From contig JBLNDI010000018.1 of the NCBI GenBank assembly GCA_050261495.1, positions 386-64,385 on the forward strand: DNA of 64,000 nt, given 5' to 3'. The stretch is from Bacillota bacterium. GTDB lineage: Bacteria; Bacillota; Clostridia; Acetivibrionales; DTU013. How positions within the stretch are numbered: position 1 is the stretch's first letter; each line of letters opens with the position of its first letter. Both the position numbers and the translations under genes were made by a program. Shown here piece after piece: positions 58,517 to 64,000 of the stretch. The notes beneath the pieces are model-generated. The model was not told where the DNA came from. It worked only from the letters and a program-made list of their open reading frames with translations, and searched no databases.

Positions 58517-60067
58517 TTACATGATGCAACTCAATGAGACGACGCTCATCGGGGGGATAGTTGCATAAACGCCGTTTGTTGCAGGTTTTGCTTTGTCAAA
58601 GCTTTGCAGCCGGATTTTGTCCGGACAATCGAAGTCATTGTAATCCTGCATATTCTTCGATGTTACAATTTTTCCGCGAACCTCCCTGACAGAACCGGGG
58701 CCGATCTCTGCCTGAAGCTCGACGCTGTTGGAGGGATCGGGGTTTGCAATAGTCAGGAATACGTTTCCGTCTTTATCTTTTGATGCGGATACGCTGAGCC
58801 CGGGAAGTTCCTCGCCGTTGTAAATGTATTTATCCGCTTCAACATCGGCCGGCAAATGCAGCGCATCCTGGTGAGGAGAAAACAGATCAAAAACATGGTA
58901 TGTCGGGGTGCAAATCATTTTCGCCCCTTCTGTGAGTATCATTGCCTGAAGCACGTTGACTGTCTGCGCGATATTGGCCATTCTTACGCGTTCGCAGCGG
59001 TTATTGTATATATTGAGGCTGATGGCGGCTGAAACGGCGTCCCTCAAGGTGTTTTGCTGGTAGAGGAATCCGGGGTTGGTGCCCGGCTCATTGTCGAACC
59101 AGGTTCCCCATTCGTCAATAATAAGGGCAACCCTTTTATCGGGGTCATATTTATCCATAATCGCGGAGTGCTTCACCAGCAACTCGTCAACGAACCAGGA
59201 AGCCTTCATGATGCCAAACCACTCTTTCTCCCCGAATTCGGTAGCGGAACCGCGGGAAGCCGAGTCGTCCCGCAGGTAAATCTCATTTCCGTCCGCCATC
59301 TTTTTGGTTATTATCTTGTCACCGATCCTCGTGTAATAGTGCAAGCCGATACCGTCCATCAGGTGTCCTGCTTCCCTCATCATGACCTCGGTCCAGTGAT
59401 AATTGGCGCCGCGCGGCCCTGCAGCAATACGGAAAAGGCGGTAATTGCCGTAATTCCTGGCATACGTGGCGTAACGCCGGAAAAGGTCGGCATAATACTC
59501 GGCGCGCATCCTGCCGCCGCATCCCCAGTTTTCATTGCCGATGCCGAAGTATTTCAACCCCCAGGGCTTTTCACGTCCGTTTTGCCTGCGTAAATCAGCC
59601 ATTGGCGATTCGCCGTCAAAGTTTATATATTCTATCCATTCGCTCATCTCCTGGACGGTACCGCTGCCCACGTTGCCGCAAATATAGGGCTCAGTCTCCA
59701 AAATCTCGCAGAGCCGGAAAAATTCATGTGTGCCGAAACTGTTGTCTTCCAATACTCCGCCCCAGTGGGTATTGATCATCTTGGGCCGTTTTTCCAGTGG
59801 ACCGATACCGTTTTTCCAGTGGTATTCATCCGCGAAGCAGCCGCCTGGCCAACGAAGGACCGGAATTTTAATCTTTCGCAAAGCTTCGGCTACATCGGTA
59901 CGAATCCCGTCCTGGTTTGGAATCGGAGAATTCTTCCCCACAAAAATGCCGTCGTAGATGCAACGACCCAGGTGCTCCGCAAAATGTCCATAAATATTTT
60001 TATTAATAATATGTTTGCCAGATTCAGTATTTACTCTAATTTTCGCTTTTTTTGTCTTATTATTCAT
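58517..60067 (-). CDS. abfA: GH51 alpha-L-arabinofuranosidase
   Basis: [27 protein letters not shown] and [11 protein letters not shown] (acid/base Glu) motifs. 516 aa. Confidence 0.9.
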   Translation of the reverse strand: MNNKTKKAKIRVNTESGKHIINKNIYGHFAEHLGRCIYDGIFVGKNSPIPNQDGIRTDVAEALRKIKIPVLRWPGGCFADEYHWKNGIGPLEKRPKMINTHWGGVLEDNSFGTHEFFRLCEILETEPYICGNVGSGTVQEMSEWIEYINFDGESPMADLRRQNGREKPWGLKYFGIGNENWGCGGRMRAEYYADLFRRYATYARNYGNYRLFRIAAGPRGANYHWTEVMMREAGHLMDGIGLHYYTRIGDKIITKKMADGNEIYLRDDSASRGSATEFGEKEWFGIMKASWFVDELLVKHSAIMDKYDPDKRVALIIDEWGTWFDNEPGTNPGFLYQQNTLRDAVSAAISLNIYNNRCERVRMANIAQTVNVLQAMILTEGAKMICTPTYHVFDLFSPHQDALHLPADVEADKYIYNGEELPGLSVSASKDKDGNVFLTIANPDPSNSVELQAEIGPGSVREVRGKIVTSKNMQDYNDFDCPDKIRLQSFDKAKPATNGVYATIPPMSVVSLSCIM

Positions 60068-60093
60068 GCTCGACTACCCCAAAATAAATAGTA

Positions 60094-60954
60094 TTAGCCC
60101 TTTACGCCACCACTGGCAAGGCCGGATATGAATGTTTTCTGATTAAAAAGGAATACAATAACAACCGGTACGATAGCAAGTACAGCACCCGGCAGAAGCA
60201 CTGCGTAATTATTGCCGTAAGGGCTTAGTAAGGATGCCAGCCCGATTGGAATCGTAAAATTCTGATTTTGGCGCAGAACTATCAGCGGCCATACAAACAT
60301 GTTCCAGCTCATCATGGCCAGCAGGATGGTCATTGCGCCAAAAGCGGGCCTCATAAGAGGCACCATGATCCTGAAATATATACCGTATTCCGTAGCCCCG
60401 TCTATACGACCCGCGTCCATTAGTTCAATGGGTAAGCTGGTACTGAACTGCCGGAAAAAGAAAATTGCGTTGCCCGCCAGCATAAATGGCAGTATGACTC
60501 CGGCTTTGGTGTTGATTATACCCCATTTTACGGTCAGGTTGTAGAGAGGCAACATGAGAATTTCAATAGGAATCATCATTACGATAAGCACCAGGATAAA
60601 TATTAAGGTTCTGCCCCGGAATCTGTATGTTCCCAGCGCATAACCCACCATAGAGGTAAAAAACAATGCGCCTACCGTAAATAAGGCTGCTATCTGGATA
60701 CTGTTAATATACCATGACCAATAAGCGCCATCGCGTTCCGTTGCGGTACGGGCATAATTGAAAAAACCCATCCGTTCCCACTTCGGGATGAGAGTCAGTC
60801 CATCGGTAAAAAGACGCGTGGTATCCGTAAATGAAGCCAGTACCAGGTAATAAAAGGGGATCAGTACAATAACCGTCACTATAGTCAACGCGACATAAAT
60901 CAGTATTCTTTTCAGGCGAAACAAAGCTGCCTCGCGCAGTTTGGAATCATTCAT
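60094..60954 (-). CDS. Carbohydrate ABC transporter permease (CUT1, AraQ-like)
   Basis: 6 TM helices and an EAA loop (DAGRIDGATEYGIYFRIMVPLMRP). Confidence 0.88.
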   Translation of the reverse strand: MNDSKLREAALFRLKRILIYVALTIVTVIVLIPFYYLVLASFTDTTRLFTDGLTLIPKWERMGFFNYARTATERDGAYWSWYINSIQIAALFTVGALFFTSMVGYALGTYRFRGRTLIFILVLIVMMIPIEILMLPLYNLTVKWGIINTKAGVILPFMLAGNAIFFFRQFSTSLPIELMDAGRIDGATEYGIYFRIMVPLMRPAFGAMTILLAMMSWNMFVWPLIVLRQNQNFTIPIGLASLLSPYGNNYAVLLPGAVLAIVPVVIVFLFNQKTFISGLASGGVKG

Positions 60955-60957
60955 GGT

Positions 60958-61887
60958 TTAATCCTCCTTTTTAAACAACCCGAAGGATTTAAGCTGTATC
61001 ACGTTAATGAACAATACGATACAGAGCAGGGTAATGCCAATGGCTGAGCCGAACCCCATGTCGTTTTTCCGGAAAGCCTCCATATAGATGTAACGGGTTA
61101 TGGTAAGTCCAAGGTCCCCCGGAGTATTCTCTTCCCAGTACACGTAACTTTCACCGAACATTCGGTATCCCTCGTACACTACCAGCGTAAGCACATAAAG
61201 GGTAGTGGGCTTCAACAAAGGCAAGGTAATGTAGAAAAATTTCTTTATTGAATCCGCACCATCAATGTTGGCAGATTCGTAGAGTTCATCCGGAATAGTT
61301 TGCAGGCCTGACAGGAAGTAAATCATATATACCCCCGTTACGCGCCACAGCGCCAGGCACACCATGATAAACATGGCAGGCCAATATTTCATGTTCCAGC
61401 TAATGGGCTCTATTCCGACAAGGCCGATCAGCCAGTTGAACAGGGCTGTGGGCAGGGAACCAAAGATCAGTCTGAACGCCACGCCTGCGACGATTACCGA
61501 GGTAAGAGACGGTATAAAAAAAACAGACCTGTAGAAATTCCGCGCCCTTATAAGCTTATCGTTGAGGAATATTGACAATACCATTGGTATCGGAATCATT
61601 GTGAGAACGCATGCAAGCGTATAAATACTATTAGTTTTAATAGCATTATAAAAGTGGACGTTCGACAAGCGGGTATAATTTTTCAGACCCACAAAATCCA
61701 TCTTGCTCAAACTGACCACTTTGTGGAAACTCATGTAAATGGTCTGCAGGGTAGGATACAGGAAAAAAATCAAGACTGCCAGAATAAAAGGCAGAACGAA
61801 AACGTAAGGCGCCACTTTCTGGGAGTATAAAAACCGCTTTATCAGACCTAAAAAGTTCTTGTCCCTGGCTATAGATTTGGCAGACAC
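60958..61887 (-). CDS. Carbohydrate ABC transporter permease (CUT1, AraP-like)
   Basis: 6 TM helices and an EAA loop (ESANIDGADSIKKFFYITLPLLKP). Confidence 0.88.
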   Translation of the reverse strand: MSAKSIARDKNFLGLIKRFLYSQKVAPYVFVLPFILAVLIFFLYPTLQTIYMSFHKVVSLSKMDFVGLKNYTRLSNVHFYNAIKTNSIYTLACVLTMIPIPMVLSIFLNDKLIRARNFYRSVFFIPSLTSVIVAGVAFRLIFGSLPTALFNWLIGLVGIEPISWNMKYWPAMFIMVCLALWRVTGVYMIYFLSGLQTIPDELYESANIDGADSIKKFFYITLPLLKPTTLYVLTLVVYEGYRMFGESYVYWEENTPGDLGLTITRYIYMEAFRKNDMGFGSAIGITLLCIVLFINVIQLKSFGLFKKED

Positions 61888-61968
61888 GTACTCAACCCCT
61901 TTACCTTGTTTTGGTTAAGAGATGGCCTGCCCGGTTGACAGGCCATCTCACGACTCCCAATGTGATGC

Positions 61969-63330
61969 TTACTGCTTGGCTCTTAATTCATTAGCGGCAT
62001 TCCTCAGAACAGTGGCCGGATCTTGTTTTTCAACCAATGCCTGATACATTACGGTGTTCATAACGATATCCTGTGCTGCAGCGCTCAAGTCGCCGTAATT
62101 TGGCGAAGGTATGTTGTCCTTGAGCTTAAGGAGCGTATCAAATACTTTTTCGTTTCCAAAATATTCGTCGGGTTTCTGGAGTTCAGGCGCATCCCATACA
62201 TCCCAGCGCGGCGGATCGAAGGCTGCATGCGTCCAGAAACGTATATTTGCTTCAGGACTCAGCTTCAGGTGCGCCAGCAACTCTACGGCCAAATCCACAT
62301 TCTTGCTTTGGAGAGTGACGGAGGTACCGGTGCCGCCGATGCCTGCAGACAGAGCATCATTCGGGCCAGACCTGGGCATAGGCCTTACATATACCTTGCC
62401 TTTAAGATCAGGCATATAATTGATGAACCTGCTCATATACCACATTGGCATAATGAGTGATGCAATTTCTCCCGAGTTAATGAAAGAGAATGTTTCCTCG
62501 GTAGCCGTTGAACCTCCCGGAAAATCGACGGCAAACTGGTCGATGTTATACCACCTGTTGAGTTGTGTGAGTACGTCGATATTGATTTGACTGTCCAAAA
62601 CTACGTTACCGTCTTTATCCAGGTAGTCCCCGCCTCTTTGCACAATCATCGGCCAGAACGGGCGCTGGTTACCGGTCTCGATACCGATCCACTTTTTGCC
62701 CGTTTTCTTCAGGTAGTCGCGTCCCGCCTGTTCGAATTTATCCCAGGTGTCGAGCGAGTCGATATCTATTCCCGCTGCATCGCACAATTCCTTGTTATAG
62801 TAGACAACCGTTGCGCCGACGTGTGTAGGCAGTCCGTAAACAACGCCGTCCTTGCTGTAACAGTCAAACCGCGACTGGATAAACTGGCTGCGGACGGGGT
62901 CCACAACGGAGTTGAGAGGAGCGAGCTGGATATCGCCCTGAAGGAAGTTGGAGAAGTAGTTGATGTTAATGTCTACGATATCAGGCGCGCCTGTGCCGGA
63001 CTGAAGCGCGATGAGCAGCTTGCTTCCCAATTCCTGGTTGGGATACATTTCAAAAGTTACGTTGACGGGTTTGTCGGGATTCTTGGCATTCCAGTCTTCA
63101 ATTCCGGGCTCATAGAACTGCTTGTGAACCTCGTTGAAGATCCAGAAGCTCAATTCGGTTGGTTCTGCGGATGTTTTCGCGGTTGACTCTGCTGTTGACT
63201 TGGTTTCCGATGTCTTTCCCGCATCAGGCGTCTCAGAGTCTTTTCCATTCGATGCATCTCCGCCGCACCCTGCTAAGATACCGGAAAGCAGACCGGCGAT
63301 TAACAGCATGGCGATCCATTTCTTCATCAT
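61969..63330 (-). CDS. Extracellular solute-binding lipoprotein (CUT1, AraN-like)
   Basis: Signal peptide with lipobox LAGC, a Ser/Thr/Glu-rich linker, and a family-1 SBP body. Confidence 0.88.
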   Translation of the reverse strand: MMKKWIAMLLIAGLLSGILAGCGGDASNGKDSETPDAGKTSETKSTAESTAKTSAEPTELSFWIFNEVHKQFYEPGIEDWNAKNPDKPVNVTFEMYPNQELGSKLLIALQSGTGAPDIVDININYFSNFLQGDIQLAPLNSVVDPVRSQFIQSRFDCYSKDGVVYGLPTHVGATVVYYNKELCDAAGIDIDSLDTWDKFEQAGRDYLKKTGKKWIGIETGNQRPFWPMIVQRGGDYLDKDGNVVLDSQINIDVLTQLNRWYNIDQFAVDFPGGSTATEETFSFINSGEIASLIMPMWYMSRFINYMPDLKGKVYVRPMPRSGPNDALSAGIGGTGTSVTLQSKNVDLAVELLAHLKLSPEANIRFWTHAAFDPPRWDVWDAPELQKPDEYFGNEKVFDTLLKLKDNIPSPNYGDLSAAAQDIVMNTVMYQALVEKQDPATVLRNAANELRAKQ

Positions 63331-63353
63331 TACATTTCCTCCTTTTTTATTAT

Positions 63354-63392
63354 TTAAATATTTCTAAAACAAAATGAATTAGAAATATTTAA
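63354..63392. promoter_or_regulatory. Perfect 14-bp inverted repeat (candidate operator or 5'-UTR hairpin) upstream of the SBP gene
   Basis: TTAAATATTTCTAA (63354-63367), 11-nt spacer, TTAGAAATATTTAA (63379-63392). It begins 24 nt upstream of the ATG at 63330. Confidence 0.6.
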
Positions 63393-63663
63393 TTTTAGAT
63401 TATTATAAAGATAAATCTGAAATATAATTATTATATTTATATAAATTACAATATCATATTAATACATATTATATGAAAAATCAACTAAAATACGCATTTT
63501 ATATATTATATTTTTCCCTAAAATATATTAAATATTCTTTATTAATTTGAATAATATATTTATTATTTGGTTTATATAATAATGAAACAAAACCAGTTAC
63601 TTGTTATAAGCGGCCTAATTTCGTATAATTTATAGTTAATTAAAGCAAGGAGGTGACTGGCGT

Positions 63664-64000
63664 ATGCGTTTTTTTGAAGATTTGGACGATTCGATACCTT
63701 TTTTTAAAGCCTTGTCTTCAAATGTCCGGATACAGATATTGAAGCTTTTGAGCTATGAAAAAGAGGTCAACCTCAACGAATTAGCCAGCCGGATCGGAAT
63801 AACCAACGGCGCAATGACCGCCCACATACGCATGTTGGAGGAAGCAGGAATTATAAACACCAGGACTGTTGTGGCCAAGCGCGGTTTGCAGAAGCTGTGC
63901 TCGCTTCGAATGGAGAAATACGTGATACACATCGGACATATCGGGCGCAAGTATAATCAAAATTCTTTCAGCGTGGAAATACCTCCCGGGCAGTATGTCG
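63664..64000 (+). CDS. ArsR-type winged-helix regulator (3' end beyond the window)
   Basis: ATG at 63664 after AAGGAGG. My translation is MRFFEDLDDSIPFFKALSSNVRIQILKLLSYEKEVNLNELASRIGITNGAMTAHIRMLEEAGII... The ORF runs off the window end, so it is absent from the track. Confidence 0.7.
   Translation, partial: MRFFEDLDDSIPFFKALSSNVRIQILKLLSYEKEVNLNELASRIGITNGAMTAHIRMLEEAGIINTRTVVAKRGLQKLCSLRMEKYVIHIGHIGRKYNQNSFSVEIPPGQYV

Noticed and set aside
1-64000. Mobile elements, CRISPR arrays, rRNA and tRNA genes
   Set aside because: Reading both strands, I found no transposase, integrase or recombinase motifs. I found no regularly spaced 25-40-bp repeats, no tRNA-like T-arm/acceptor patterns and no rRNA segments. 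The only repeat evidence for rearrangement is the pair of gene-end remnants reported above.

Overview
The window looks like core chromosome from a sporulating, saccharolytic Clostridia-class Firmicute. Supporting genes are an alpha/beta SASP, YtxC, CotS/CotSA-like coat genes, YabE-RsmA synteny, GTP-type PEPCK and a long-form PFK. About 60 genes are called.

Gene content in order:
- A lower-GC glycerate module (MOFRL glycerate kinase, divergent enolase paralogue, 2-hydroxyacid dehydrogenase).
- Two complete CUT2-type sugar ABC systems, plus a DeoR regulator with an extra stand-alone ATPase.
- yabE-rsmA and a GH42 beta-galactosidase.
- A low-GC SatD/DUF3307 pair.
- pck, zapA, dut, a long-form PFK, an LtaS-like protein, yebC and a phosphohexomutase.
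- Small spore-associated genes and a run of uncharacterised proteins at 36.6-44.4 kb.
- T-box-controlled cysE-cysS.
- A cotS-cotS-GT4-ugd coat-glycan operon.
- lplA-gcvT-H-PA-PB.
- A GH51 arabinofuranosidase with a CUT1 ABC transporter and the start of an ArsR-like regulator.

I saw no CRISPR array, transposase, integrase, rRNA or tRNA.

Items most worth a second look:
- An orphan ~285-nt structured-RNA candidate with its own promoter (40.78-41.07 kb).
- A phased array of 22-bp palindromic boxes in front of satD-DUF3307.
- Two decayed gene-end remnants (GH42 3' end, yabE 3' end) that sit at GC-composition breaks.
- An enolase paralogue lacking the two phosphate-binding His.
- A P-loop/Asp23 fusion behind a promoter-plus-terminator leader.
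- A truncated UDP-glucuronate decarboxylase at the end of the coat-glycan operon.

All family assignments come from motif recognition by eye. No database search was possible.
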